This document shows positions 1 to 12,894 of a stretch of 64,000 nt of DNA, one piece after another. How positions within the stretch are numbered: the stretch's first letter is position 1; the number at the start of each line of letters is the position of its first letter. The notes beneath the pieces were generated by a model, which was not told the DNA's origin, searched no databases, and saw only the letters and a list, made by a program, of their open reading frames with translations. Source of the stretch: Vicugna vicugna (Eukaryota). The translations under genes and the position numbers were made by a program. Where the stretch lies: positions 2,018,244 to 2,082,243 of the forward strand of contig MU058252.1 of NCBI GenBank assembly GCA_013265495.1, written 5' to 3'.

Positions 1-59
1 AACAGAAACTGACACACTGTAAACTGACTATACTTCAATTTGAAAAATTTAAAAAAAAA
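1..59 (+). mobile_element. L1 extreme 3' end and A-rich tail (truncated by window edge)
   Basis: cagaaactgacacactgtaaactgactatacttcaattt followed by an A-rich tail; same terminus as the other L1 3' ends in the window. Confidence 0.85.
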
Positions 60-594
60 GAAATATGATCAAGTCTGCTAAAGTCACATGAGAGAGGGGA
101 CAGAGCCATACTTCCTCTGCAGCTGTGGCTGGCCCTGCCCCTCAGTTTCTCCCCACAGTGCAGGGCACGTGCCCAGTGACCCCTTCACTTCAGCCAAGCA
201 TCACTCAGCTTACACTATGGGCCCTGGGACTGTGCCAGGGAGGGGACGTGGAAAGAGAGATTTGACTCAGGGGGTCAGTATCCAGCATCCTTAGGGAGGT
301 CACGGTCTGGAAGAGCAGTTACAGAACCTTACGTGATGTGATATATTTACACATTACCTGTAGTACAGTGTTTATAAATGTGACCCAGACTGTCAAAAGA
401 CTAATTCTGCATTCAGGGATAAGGAAGAAAAATAGAGAAATGCCATTGCATCTGGATCCTAAAGGCAGGAGTCCACAGAGGAACGTCCAGTTCTGGCCAT
501 GATGGAGAAGCCAGGGTCTGACTGGACAAAATGTGTAAAAGAGCTCTTCTCAGGACCTGGTTAAAACCCGGTGAAGGGCTACAGCTCCTGGAGG

Positions 595-1099
595 TGTCGG
601 CTGAAAAAAATGTACAACCTAACAGTTGAGAGTTGTTTTACTTGGTGGACTTTCTGAGGACTTAAGCCTGGGATGACAGCTCTCAGATGGCTCTGGGCGG
701 CTGCTCTGAAGAGGTAGGGGAGGAGCCAGGATATATAGGAGGTTCTGAAACAAAGACCAGGTAGTCAGAACAGTAAAAGGTAACTGTTATTTAAAGATAA
801 CCAGATCTCCCAAGTTGAGGAGTTTAGTGCTTCACTACGTACAGGAAGATGCAGAGGTCTGGGCTCAGCGAAATCATTCCTTTGATCTGCGTCTTAGCTG
901 TCTAGGGCCAGCACCCTGGGCTTTCCCAGCCTGAGTCCCCTCAGGGGGCACCGCCACCGAAGGCGGCTGCAGAGGCTGGGCTGCCCGCTCGTCTGCACCC
1001 TGAGTTCCCTCTGCTCACTGTCGGGGCGGTAGCGGCTGATGACTTGATGGCCACAGCGTCCTTTGTTTACTGATATGGCTGCAGTATTTTTCATGCACA
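595..1099 (-). mobile_element. Solo ERV LTR, family A copy 1
   Basis: TG...CA termini (tgtcggctgaaaa ... tcatgcaca); colinear over its full length with 33938-34434; TSD not clean (gagg / aaagg). Confidence 0.85.
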
Positions 1100-1479
1100 A
1101 AAGGAAGCACATGAGTTGATTCCACATTCACTCCAGCTCCCTGGTGTCGGGGAGGAGGGCCTGAGATGGAAAGAACGGTTTCCTTGGGTGGAGGAGGCAT
1201 CAGGGTTTGAGGCTGCAAAGAGGGCTGGACTAGGCGGAAAGGGCAGCGGCCAGGAGGGAATACTGCAGAGAGGGGACCCCAGGCAGCTGCAGACGCGTTC
1301 CCAGAGAGCCTTGGTGGTGCTTACGCACAGGGCGACCTACAGGAAGAACAGCAAGGAACGGCCACATGGAGCTTAAGTGCGGAGCAGAAGGTAGAGGCCA
1401 CACAACGTGGGGAAGCTGGAACTTGGGCCTGTCCGGAGAGCACAGCCCTTGGTGAATCACACAACCGTGCCTCTACAAA

Positions 1480-1760
1480 GGCCACTCCGCAGTCAGAAGG
1501 GGGAAACTGAATTAAACACGCCTCAACTGAGCCTAAAACTCAACCCTAATGATGGAAAACTGAGCCACTTTTAAGTAATGTAACAGCCTGCCAGAGTCAA
1601 CTTCAACACTCTTCAGAGGAAGATAACTTCATACAGACACTCTGCAATGCACTCCCGCAGATCTCCAGCTGACAGTAAAAAGTTGACGGAAATGATAATA
1701 AGCAAGGATAGCGACTGATTATCAAAATCTGAGTTACTAGCAACAGGCCAAGATTTGACA
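1480..1760 (+). mobile_element. Ancient L1M 5'/ORF1-region fragment
   Basis: Degenerate resemblance to old L1 5' sequence; boundaries approximate. Confidence 0.4.
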
Positions 1761-1769
1761 GCTTACACA

Positions 1770-2200
1770 ATTTTTGTCAACATGCCTTTGATTTGCTGAC
1801 TTTTCTTCTGCTATTAAACCCATCCAATAATTCGTCATTTCAGATATTTTGCAATTTAATTCTAGGTTTTTACATTTGGTGTAGCAACTCCCTTTTCTTT
1901 TTCTTTCTTCCTTTCCTTCTTCCTTTCTTTTTCCTTGTGGAAATATACCATCCTTTTGGCTAATTTGATCATTCTTTCACTGAGTTCTTTAACATTGTTA
2001 AATTAGGTATTATAAGTCCTTGTCTGCTAACTCCAGAATCTGGGTCATTTTTGACTCTGCTTCTATTGTGAAGTTTATTCTTTTGATTGTGTCACATTTT
2101 TCTGCTTCTTCATATCAAATAATTATTTTTCATTGTATGCTGGATATTGTGCAAAAAAGATCAGTAGAAAGTGACATGGAGAGTATTTTGCCCCAGTAAA
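1770..2200 (-). mobile_element. Ancient L1M ORF1-region fragment
   Basis: T-rich; ctgctattaaacccatcc...atttcagat...tctag...ctggatattgtg motifs typical of antisense old L1 ORF1. Confidence 0.55.
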
Positions 2201-2513
2201 GGCTCCCTGTTTGCTCCGTCAGGCAACTAGGGTGATAAGGCGCTGACGAGGGTTGGGGCTGGGCAGTCTCTAATGATTGCCGTTCACCTCCTGTGTCTTG
2301 AGAGTGAGGGCAGACATCAGGTGACTCCTTCCATCAGCACTTTTGCATTTGTTGTACATGACGTGGTCGTGAACTCTTTCTCTCTGTTCCAATCCAGCCC
2401 CCAGCTCCCTGCATCATGATTTGTTCAGTAAAAACCGCATGTTGTAGCATGATCAAGTCATCATGCTGCTTCCGTGTTGTGACGCCTTCTCATACAGGCC
2501 CACTAAGATACAG

Positions 2514-2895
2514 CCCTAGACGATATTATACTCAGTGAAATAAGTCAGACAGGGAAAGACAAATGCTGTATGATGTCACATGTGGAATCTAAAAGACAAT
2601 GCCAATAAATATACATGCAAAACAGAAGCAGACTTGCAGGCATAGAAAATAAACTTGCGGTTACCAAAAGGGAGAGGGGCGGTGGGAGGGACAAATTAGG
2701 GGGATGGGATTAACAGGCAGAAACTACTTTATTGAAAACAGGCAAGCGGCAAGGATATACTGCATAGCACAGGGAATTATATCCACTGCTTGCAATGACC
2801 TATAATAGAATATAATCTGCAAAAATACTGAATCACTATGCTGTACACCTGAAACTAACACAATGTTGTAAGTCAACTATACTTTAATTTAAAAA
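2514..2895 (+). mobile_element. 5'-truncated L1 (ORF2 end plus 3' UTR), cetartiodactyl type
   Basis: ctcagtgaaataagtcagacag...gaatcactatgctgtacacctgaaactaacacaatgttgtaagtcaactatactttaatttaaaaa; paralogous to 10619-11084 and 34562-35008. Confidence 0.9.
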
Positions 2896-2949
2896 TTCAG
2901 CTACTTTTTCTTTGACCTGCAATATTCCAGTGCCTCCTCAAAGCTCCTC

Positions 2950-3436
2950 TGTTACTGAGTCCAAGCTCTTACTCCTCACTGGATGATGGGCCAATAAATT
3001 GAGAGACAAGTTGCTGAGACAAAGAATAGTGACTTTATTCAGAAAGCCAGCAGACTGAGAAGATGGAGGACTAGTGTCCCAAGGTGTCCCATATTGCCCG
3101 AGTTAGAATTCAGGCTTCTTGTATACTAAAAGGGGAGGGAGGAGAGTCAAACATTTCCCCTCTCTGGTCAACCTCTGGAAAGGATGTGTTAATTCCTTCC
3201 TGCAGCCACTCACAGGTGGGCCTGGTCACGATGCTTCCTGTGAGCTAAACAAAGGTGTTTAGCTTCATGCTCATAATCTGGGAGGCAGGGTTCCCAGAGA
3301 TGAGCCATTATGTATAATTTAAGCTTAAAGGCAGCATCCCTTTAGCGATTAACTTGTAGCAAGAGCAACAGAATAGGAAGGTTAATGTAAAAGGAACAGA
3401 CCCACTACGGAGTCATGTTTGTTCTTTCCCATTGCA
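2950..3436 (-). mobile_element. Solo ERV1-class LTR, family B copy 1
   Basis: tgttactg...cattgca termini; exact 4-bp TSD cctc (2946-2949, 3437-3440); tttatt (minus-strand AATAAA); ends homologous to the reverse complement of 18216-18712. Confidence 0.9.
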
Positions 3437-4859
3437 CCTCTCGGCCTGTGGAAGGACAATGAGGTGGAGTAGCTACTTGTCTCTGCTCACTGAGCAAAGT
3501 AAGACTTCGGTCCTCCCTGGAAGTCAGTGTATTCTGTTTCTGTGCATCCAACACTCATTTATATAAAGTTTGACAGCTTAACCTATGTTTTCTCAATGTT
3601 ACAACAAGACCTGTGATCTTTCATGGCTTCCTACACCTTCACTGGTTGCCATACTCATCTGGTCATGTCTTAACTCAAAAATATTCAAGATCATAAAATT
3701 TCCTGCAATTTTTAGCAGACACAATGTATCACCTATGGAAAATTAGCTAAAATTGTATTTTCTGAAATGCTCTCCCTTTGTCCTCATTATATGATTAGCA
3801 GATTCGGGATTGAATGACTGAAATATATCAGATTTTCTGTTTCTCCCACCCCTGGGACCCCTGCCGCTTGCTTTACCAGTTAACTTGGAGCCACTGTTGC
3901 ATCACAGAACATGAGCAAATGAAAATCCTCTCCACCCACCGTCTTCTGGTGACTGCTCCCAGGGCGGGCTAGGTGACCAGGAAGACAGCTTTCTGCCATT
4001 GCCAGCAGCTCTTTACGGGCCCAGAGAGTTCTGCTCTGTGAGGCTGACCCACAGTATGCCCGAAGGTCCGGAACAGGGATATGGAATTCTTCAGTGCTGC
4101 TGAAATGGTGAGGTTAAGCCATAAGCTCCCATTTAGGAGACTTTCAGGCAACCACAGGGAGCAAGTAGTTATGCACATTCTCACATCTTCTTACGGACTC
4201 TTCCAAAGCCTGGTTTTCCATGCTCCTTTGACAGACGTGCCAGACTTCTGCGTGAGTCCATCCGCAAAATCACTGGCACGGCCCTGCCAGGAGCAGAGGT
4301 GAGCATGTCAGTGTCCCACCTACGCGGGTCTCCACCTTTTCTTCCTCACCTCCCCTCTCTTCGATTACTTCTTCAGAAGAAAACTTTTCCAGCTATTTTC
4401 CCCTGCAGCTCTGGTTTCTGAGAAGCTGGGTTAAAACAATCTGAATTACACATCTTAAAATCACGCAACAGGGGAGAAGGGAGTAAAAACCAATTGCATT
4501 GCTCCGGGTATTGGTGGCAAATGTCTCGTCAAATGAGTGAGGTACAGTTTACCTGCCAAGTGTTGTTTCAGCCCGTTCACAGATAGAGAGCGCCTCCCAT
4601 CTCCAGGAGCATACGCAAACCTTCCATTGCCCGACGTCACATTGGCAAGCTTCAGAATCGTAACAGTGTGTGAACATCCAAACATTATACTCCATCAGAG
4701 ACTAGCACTGGTTTCTCTTACTTTGATTTTTTTTTTCTGATCCACTGACTTTCTGGATTTCTAGCTTCATCCATCTACAAATTAGCAAAAAGGAACCAGA
4801 GCAACATCCTAACAGCTGGCTCCGGAAGAAACGCTCTGAAGCGTGAAATGGCCGTTGAG

Positions 4860-4950
4860 TAGCTGTCTCACTGCATGACTTGCATGACCTTCTGAGCCTC
4901 AATTTCCTCACCAGGTGAAATAAAGATCACATGAGATGAGCATGTGAACA
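4860..4950 (+). mobile_element. MIR fragment
   Basis: ctgagcctcaatttcctcacc MIR core. Confidence 0.55.
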
Positions 4951-6117
4951 CCCCTCCTTGCCCAGTGCACCTCCTGCCAACAGCACAGGCAGTCAGCCAC
5001 GGCGCCCTAATCAGAATCTCTGTGTTTATTTCAAACAAATTGCTTTGCTTTATGTTGCTTTTAGAAGCGTGTCCTCTTGCACCTCTGGACGCGAGCTGCC
5101 TTTTCAGATCCCAGGTCTCATTAAGAAGCTCTGCGCATCATCTCGAGCACCCGTGGTAATTGGGCGCTCAGTCATTGTTATATTCGCTATCCTGACAACG
5201 TTTATTAAAATGAAGCAATTAACTATTGTCTGAGATGGAGTTTAGAGGTAAGGCTCATTAGATGGAGGCTCATTACAATTAACGTAAGTGATAAATGCAG
5301 AATTATTTTACCCCCGCTCTGCCCTGAAGATTGGTTCAGCTGTATCCCTCTAGAGCTGGCGTTCCTTCCTCACAGAGGAGCAAAACTGGTGAAACTCAAT
5401 ATTCATTAATATGGTACTGTTTTAAAAAATGTAAAACCCTGAATTGGCTCACGTGGGGTCCTGTCCTGTTAACATCTGAACCCTGCTGCACCTGACTTCC
5501 CTGGAGCCACATCATTGGACTCCAGGCTCCCTTAAGTGGAGGTACAGAAGCAGACAGACCAGCTGGCAGTGGCTCAGCCACGTCTCTGCATTCAGCTGCA
5601 CAGCAGGTGAGTTTCCTTTACACATGGCAGTAAGAACGACAGTGCAGAAGAGAGATCCCTCCGCCCATGAGTTTGCTTCGGGGAACTCAGGGCTCTCAGT
5701 GCTAAGTGTTCTCTACTGGGTTAACCAGTCATTGTAGAAAATCGCACCTCCCCTGGCTCTCTTGCCAGACTCCAGACACTAGGCAGACTCTTGAGACAAT
5801 TTCATTCTTTTTGAACAGTCTCGTGAAAAGGGAATAGAAGGAAAGAGGAATCCCATCAGGCTGCATCCAAACTGTCTTCCCCATCCCAAGGCAGCGGATG
5901 CATAATTTCTGGAAAGACATCGTTTCAAAGTGGCAACGCGTGGCCTTTACGGGCAGACAGGGCTGTTTTCACTCCTGGCTATACCGATGGTTCCCAGGGT
6001 GAGCTTCCACACATTCATAGTGTCACAGAATCTCACCTTGTGCTCTGAAAGCAGAAATGATGTTTAATGTTTCCAACTGTGGGGATAGGTGAGTTAATGA
6101 GCGGAAACCCTTGACAC

Positions 6118-6297
6118 ATACAAAGTATGTGTTAATCAGCTGTTTATGTTATTGGTAAGGCTTCCAGCCAACAGCAGGCTATTAGTAATCGCCCTGCTGT
6201 TAATTAGTAAGTTTTAAGGGAATGAACAGTTGTATGTGGATTTTTGGCTGCACGGGGGCTTGGCGCCCCGACCCCCACACTGTTCGAGGGTCAGGTG
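6118..6297 (-). mobile_element. Tigger2-family (TcMar) terminal fragment
   Basis: gtgttaatcagctgtttatgttattggtaaggcttcc...tgtggattttt...cgccccgacccccacactgttcgagggtcagg matches the Tigger2/MER8 terminus. Confidence 0.8.
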
Positions 6298-7059
6298 CGT
6301 GTTGTCACATGGTGCTGTCCTCCATGTGCCTGCCTCCATCTCTAGCAGTGTTCGTTCTCCTTCTGGCTGTTCCTGATGTGGTTTCCTTTCACTTAATAAT
6401 GGTCTATTGCTTTCTCTAATTTCTTCAGCACATAACACACACTGGATAAATGTTTCTTCTGGCCTTGGCTTCTATGGGCTGTGCCAACCACTTGTTATGG
6501 TCTGAAAGATACAATATAGAGGGTGAAACCCTGCTCTAGAGTGCCTGGCATACGTGAATAGTGTTTACAGGTTTCACACTTGCCTTTCTCATTTGGATGG
6601 CCATGTGCTCCAGCTTTAGATTCAAACAATAAGGCCTCCTCAGCGTGGTCTCTGAAACCTCTCTAATAATCAGATGGCAAAGTAAAGCATGTAATAGGAC
6701 AGTCCTCTCAGTGGCCACGATCTGATTGTGACCTCAGGGAAAGAACCAAGACAAAAGGAGAAACAACGAAAGAAGTTTTGCTTTCTGACAACAAAGCTGA
6801 ACACGAAGCGTGCTGGAGAGACATTTGGGAAGTGGGGGGAGAATGTGTCAAGTAACAGAAAACCAGCTAGAAAGTGGCTTGGGGGTAAAGGGAACATTCA
6901 GGGATATGTCAGGTACAAAGCCGTAGGCTTGAAGGACTGCGAGTGTGCTGTGACTCAACAGAGAAACAAAGAATTAAATGCCTAAAGCAAGTACCATTAG
7001 ACCATGGATCTGAAACCTTCATCAACATTCAGCTGAGGGTTGCCATGAAAGAGAGCCAC

Positions 7060-8345
7060 TAGCTGAAAGTGGAGGAACAACGTTCTCAGAAAGTGAGGCC
7101 GGAAGAAGGAAGTACATCCAGAAGCTGGAGGAAGGACCTCTGAAAATCCGTTCCTCCATAAAAGGAGCAAGAACACTGGCAAAAATTGTCAAACCCTGAT
7201 GGTTGCCTTGCAACAATACAAGCGTTACTCAAGAAAAATGGTGGCATCTCAGTAAGAACAGTGGTGTTTTAACTTGCACTGTCCCATCTCCCCCCACCAG
7301 CCCACAATCACAGAAACTGGAAACTAGCAGCTCCTCAAGACGCCAGTTTCTCAAGAATTGTCATTACCTGACCTGACTGGCAGCTCCCTGAATATGCCTG
7401 AATAGTGGACTTGTCTTGATTTGACCTGATTCAGAGTTCGCTCAGTACAAAGAGTGTTTTCTCTGGGGACATTCGTTGAAAACAATTACCAGCAAATGTT
7501 TTAATATCACAGATGCCAAGGCAGTGATAAGAGTTAGAACACACAAGAGGCTGACCAAAAACGGAAAGAAAGCTTCGGACTGAGATGTCCCTGGCAGGCT
7601 TTGAAAAGCTCCAATATACCCTGGGGATCTAGAAGGCCACATGCATGCCCCAGAAAGGTCTGAGGGACTCTGACCTCTCGCTGTTGGCTGACTTTGAGTG
7701 TGTGTGCAAGCAGGAAGCAAAGGCAAAGGCAGAGCTACAAGGGCCTGAGTGCTGTGGGTGTTGAGGTAAAGGTGGACAGACATATGGGTTCAATATGGTC
7801 AAGGACATGTTGGTATTTAGGGAATCCTCTGCCAATCATTAGCTGACCACCACGTTAACAGCAGAGACATCAGTGACCACACAGGACAAAGGATGCAGAT
7901 TCTATGGAATTAGTTCAAGAAAGTCACTAAACAAACAAATGGTGGCAGCAGCAGCAACAATGAACAAGGACCGTGCACCCCTGGATGAGGGAAATATGAT
8001 TTCCAGAGTCACTATATTACAATGCTTAAATTGGTCAGCATTCAATGAGCAATTATGAGAAAGGGGGAAAAATACAAGAAAGTATGGTCCTTACCTGGGG
8101 AAAGAAGCAGACAATAGAAACTGTCCCCGAGGAAGCTCAGACATTGGGCTTCTGGGACAAAAACTTCAACGACCTATTTAAAATTTTCTCAAAGGACTAA
8201 AGGAAACCATATCTAAAGAACTAAAGAAAAATATGGCAACAATAACCCACCAGATAATGACATACAGAGATGTATTTCCAAATAGAAATTCTAGAGTAGA
8301 AAAGCACAATAACCATAATGAAAAAGCAACCACAGGGGCTTAGCA
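7060..8345 (+). mobile_element. Ancient L1MC/MD-type 5' UTR and ORF1 start
   Basis: aagaacactggcaaaaattgtcaaa...; gaaactgtccccgaggaagctcagacattgg...ctaaaggaaacc typical of old L1 5' ends. Confidence 0.65.
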
Positions 8346-8364
8346 GTACACACTGCTGGTGACA

Positions 8365-9402
8365 ATGGACAACAGCGCAGTTGCTTTTGAAAACAGTCTG
8401 GTAGTTCCTCAAAATGTTGAGTTACCACATGACCCGGAAATTCCGCTACTAGGTCTACACTTGTTTTGGCCACTGTAACAAACCACCACACACCTAATGG
8501 CACAGAACAGCCCCAATGTGTTATCCCTCAGCACGTAAGTTAGAAGCTCAGTACAGGTCTCAGTGGGCTGTGATCCAGGAGGCATCGGGGCTCTGCTCTC
8601 TGGACGGTCTGGTGGAGGGTCCACTTCTTTGCCTTTTCCACCCGCATTCTTGGGCTCTTGGCACATTTCCTTCATCTTCAATGTCAGTCGCAGCCGGTCT
8701 GACCTCCTGTTTCCTCCCTCTTCCACTTTTAGAGATTCTTGTGATTTCATTGCACCTGCACGGTAATCCACAAGAATTCCACCATCTTATGATCAGCTGC
8801 TTGCCAACATTAAATCCCCTTTGCCGTGTATCAAAACATCTTCCTAGGTTCTGGAGATGTGAGTCTGGATGTTTTTGCTGGGGTGCGTTGTTCTGTCTGC
8901 CATAGCACTCAAGAGACTTGGACATATATATTCACACAAAAATCTGTACAAGAACATTCATAGCAGAATTAACCATAATAGCTGAAAATTGGAAACAACC
9001 CAAATGTCCATCAACTAAACAAAATGTGGAATATTAGTCAGATATAGAAAGGAATTCAGTACTTACCGGTACTACAGCATGATTCTATCTTGAAAACTAA
9101 GAAGCCAGTCACAAAAGGCCACATATTGTATAATTCAAATTATAAGAATTGCTCGGAAAAGACAAACCCTTTGAAAGAGGAAGTGTAGTCGTGGTCGTCA
9201 GGTATTGACGAGAAGGCAGCGCTGGGGAGTGACTGTTCATGAATACAGGGTTTCTTTCAGGCTGATGAAAATGTTCTGAAATGAGGCAGTGGTGACAGTT
9301 CACCACTCAGTGAATACACTAAAAGGTCCTGAATTGTACTTGTTAAAAGAGTCAGTTTCTACCATACATTAATTGTATCTCAATAAAGCTATTATTTAAA
9401 AA
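8365..9402 (+). mobile_element. Old L1M 3' end interrupted by a MaLR LTR
   Basis: gaaaacagtctggtagttcctcaaaatg..., resumes at about 8905 with ggaaacaacccaaatgtccatcaac...ctcaataaagct. Confidence 0.75.
8455..8904 (-). mobile_element. MaLR LTR (MLT1-type) nested in L1M
   Basis: ctgtaacaaaccaccacaca...tcttgccttttcca...cattcttgggctcttggc...ttctgtctgccata. Confidence 0.75.
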
Positions 9403-9595
9403 TATGAAATCTTTGTGAGAACTCACAGACTAGATTAAATTCTGACTGAGTTCCCCAGACAGATTTTTGCAGATTAACTGAAAATCCTCATTAAGCATTT
9501 GCTTTGCACACATCCACTGCAATTTGTCATTTGTGGCTTGCTTCTTACACTCGAGGCCACACTGCATAGAGTTCAAGAGCATAATGTTTTTTTAA

Positions 9596-9760
9596 GTCAA
9601 ACAAGCCTTGGTTGAAAACCTAGCTCAGCTATCACTGACTCTGTAACTCCAGCAAGTTATTTCACTTTCATATTTTTCCCTCATTGTGAAATCTAAATCA
9701 CTGCAAAACCTCCTCCACAAAGCTGCTGTGTGGATTACGTGAAAGGGCGTGTTTAGAACA
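9596..9760 (+). mobile_element. MIR fragment
   Basis: agtcaaacaagccttggttgaaaacctagctc...gcaagttattt...gctgtgtggattacgtga. Confidence 0.55.
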
Positions 9761-10618
9761 TACGTTCTCCATGGAAGTGACATTGCCCCCAGGAGTGAAA
9801 ACTGGTTCTTGGAAGGACAACAAGCATCTCAGATATTACAGTGGTTTTTGCTCCTCTGAGACTCAGCGCCCCCTGGCAAACTTTAACCCCTTAGTAATGT
9901 CAGGAGGTTGGAAAGGGCAATTCAGGGGGAAGATGTCTAAAAATGCCCCCTTGGTGGATGATTTTTTTAAAGGTTAAAAACAGCTTTAGGGCCTTTATCT
10001 CATTATCGGATTGGCTCAATAGAAACTCTCAAAATCCACAAGTATTTTCCCACAGAGTGGAGTCTTCTCCTGCCGCATTCTTGGGTCGAAACAGATCCCT
10101 GTGTCCTAAGTTACAGTTTGCCGAGCCATCTGGAGAATAAAGAGGTTTCTGCCAGCAGGCCAAATCCTCTGCTTCCAAGGAAGCACCATTTGGCTTGAAA
10201 TATAGAAAAAGAAACCAAGGAAGCAGATCTGTCCAATGTGTCTGACTCTCCCAGATTTCCCCCAGTCAGTGAGCCTGCAGTGGCCTCTGCTGAATGTGCT
10301 GCTTGTGAAACCTAGACCCACTGCCTGACCCGAGCAAGACTAGAGGAGTGGCTGCAGACGGAACACGGCTCCACTTCATCATAGCCGGAGGCTGGACGTG
10401 AGGTGGAGGTGAGCTGGTTGGTGCCCCAATTCCCCCTCCACGCCTTCAGGAGACCCCCTCCTGCTGCCTCGGGCCACTCTCGTCTCTGTCCAAGGTCCTG
10501 AGATCCTGCCACTCTCACCATCCCACTCAGCTCCCACTCCCAACTCAGTAAAGTTTGTCCTAAAGGTTGTGACCCCTAAAGATGGAAGTATGTACCAAAC
10601 ATAAAGTTAACTATTTTA

Positions 10619-10630
10619 CATTGGATAAAG

Positions 10631-10663
<33 letters not shown>

Positions 10664-11084
10664 GGAGTATTACTCAGTCATAGAAAAGAATGAAATAATG
10701 CTGTTTGCAGCAGCATGGATGGACCTGGTGATGATCATACTAAGTGAAGTAAGTCAGATAGAGAATCTAAAAAAAAGATGCAAATGAGCTTATTTACAAA
10801 ACAGGAAGAGGCTCACAGACATAGAAAATAAGCTTATGGTTACCAAAGGGGAAAGCGGGGGTTGCTGGTGGGGCGAGGTAAATTAGGAGTTTGGGATTAA
10901 CAGATACAAACTACTATATACAAATAGATAAACACCAAGGGCCTACTGTAGAGCGTGGGGAATTATATTCAATAGTTTGTAATAACCTATAATGAAAAAG
11001 AATATATATATAATTGAATCACAATGTTGTACACCAGAAACTAACACAACATTGTAAATCAACTATACTTCAATTGAAACAAAG
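10619..11084 (+). mobile_element. 5'-truncated L1 with exact 18-bp TSD; internal (AC)n at 10633-10660
   Basis: TSD ataaagttaactatttta at 10601-10618 and 11085-11102; canonical ORF2-end/3' UTR sequence. Confidence 0.95.
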
Positions 11085-11289
11085 ATAAAGTTAACTATTT
11101 TAACAGGAATTGGTTTGTGCCTCGTAGGCAGTCATATGTACAAAGCTCAATCTATGGATGTTTATAGAGTCAAAATCTTTACTATCCATTGATTATTTCA
11201 CTTCTTTAACAACTTACCTCCAAGAATCCTAGAGATTTGTTTAAAAAAAATTGAGTGCAGTAAAAGATGCATGCTTTAATAATGTTGTG

Positions 11290-11702
11290 TTTTATTCAAC
11301 AAACGTTTATCGAGCCCTAGCTGTGTCCTAGGCACTAGGGTTACAGAGATTACAGGCTTAATGGGACTTACATTCCAGCATGTGTGTGTGGAGGGGAAGG
11401 GAGGTCATACGGATGAATAAACAAGTATCACTGTATCACAGGGTCGTGACAGAGACTGTGAAGAAAAATAAAACAAGTTAAGGAGACAGAGAATTACCCT
11501 GGGCTCTGTTTATCTATGATGTTCATAGAAGGTATCTCTGAAAAAGTAACATTTGAGCAGGGACCTAAAAGCAGCAAGGGGAATATTGAAGGAAGTGGTG
11601 TTCCAAGAAGAGAGAAGTAGGTGTAAAACCCCCCTGGGAGGGGCCATAATATGCCTGGTGCGCCGGCAGAACTTCACGGAGGCCAGTGTGTGGCTACAGC
11701 TC
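11290..11702 (-). mobile_element. L2 3' fragment
   Basis: tattcaacaaacgtttatcgagc...ctaggcactaggg...gtaacatttgagcagggacctaaaa...ggccagtgtgtggct. Confidence 0.7.
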
Positions 11703-11717
11703 AACATGTATGCAAAT

Positions 11718-11722
11718 CATAC

Positions 11723-11753
<31 letters not shown>
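11718..11753. repeat. (CA)n microsatellite, imperfect start
   Basis: Direct observation. Confidence 0.9.
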
Positions 11754-11754
<1 letters not shown>

Positions 11755-12894
11755 CACATAATTTCAGCTGATGTGAAATTAAGTGTTGTATTGCACTGAA
11801 TGGAGTCTATCACTTGGAGTCTTTTAAACCTCTCCTTCCTTTTTGTGTCTCACATAGGGATTCTCCCAGACCACTGCAAGAATTCCTTATTCATACATTG
11901 GAGATGACATGCAAATTTAATGCCAGGTGATATGTACACATGGAATTTCCATCTATCCACTTAGAACATACATACCTACCCACTTTTTAAAATCCTGTAT
12001 TTGTTTTGGGAAATCTCTTTCCCTTCTTTCAATTACTTAGTTACAGAATTTATGATTCTTTCCATTAACTTCCTGGTTCCCCATCTCATTAAAGGTAATC
12101 TGATGTGTGATCATAAATACTTATGTGTGAGTACACATATATACCTTAGTTATTCATGTCCCTTCTGGAAAGAGACAGAATATTTTCTGAGATGATAGCA
12201 ACCCATTATTTTAAACCTGTTATTTTATTAATTAGGATAATAATTCAAATCCTAGGCATATAGTTTTATTATTTATTATTATTACTTTAATGTTTATATA
12301 TTTTATTATTTACATTACAGTCACCAAAATATTAACTAACTCACCAAAGTTAAGGACCAAGTAGGTGGCAGAACAGACTGTGAATATCCTCATCTGTTTC
12401 CAGTGCACTCTCTGAACTTCCAAAGCATGACGCCTTCACGAGATATTAAGAAACGAAATGAGGGAAGACAAGCTTCAGATCCACCACCAGGCCCACAGCC
12501 TCCTCCCACGCCATCGACAGCGGGGGTCTACTTATCTCAGGCATTTTCTCAACAGCTGAGAAAGAGCAAGATTTTCCCAGAGAGATGAACGTAGAGGTTG
12601 TGCCTGCTGGACCCCAGAAAGGCCAGATGCTCCACGGTGCACACTGTCTGCTTGAACAGCTATGCAAACACATTTTCTTTGACGTTAATTGCGCCTGACA
12701 GGCAGGAAAAAATACACTTGCTTTTGCTTTCAACAATACTTCAGTGGTATGTGGAGCATGTCTGAACATGGTAGCTTGTTTTGTTTTGTTTTGTTAAATG
12801 ACTCTTTGTCTCATTGCTCTGAAAAGGAAGCTGTTCTCTCTTCTCTCTCTATATATCTATCTATATATCTCCTCTCATCATCTCTAAGAGGAGT

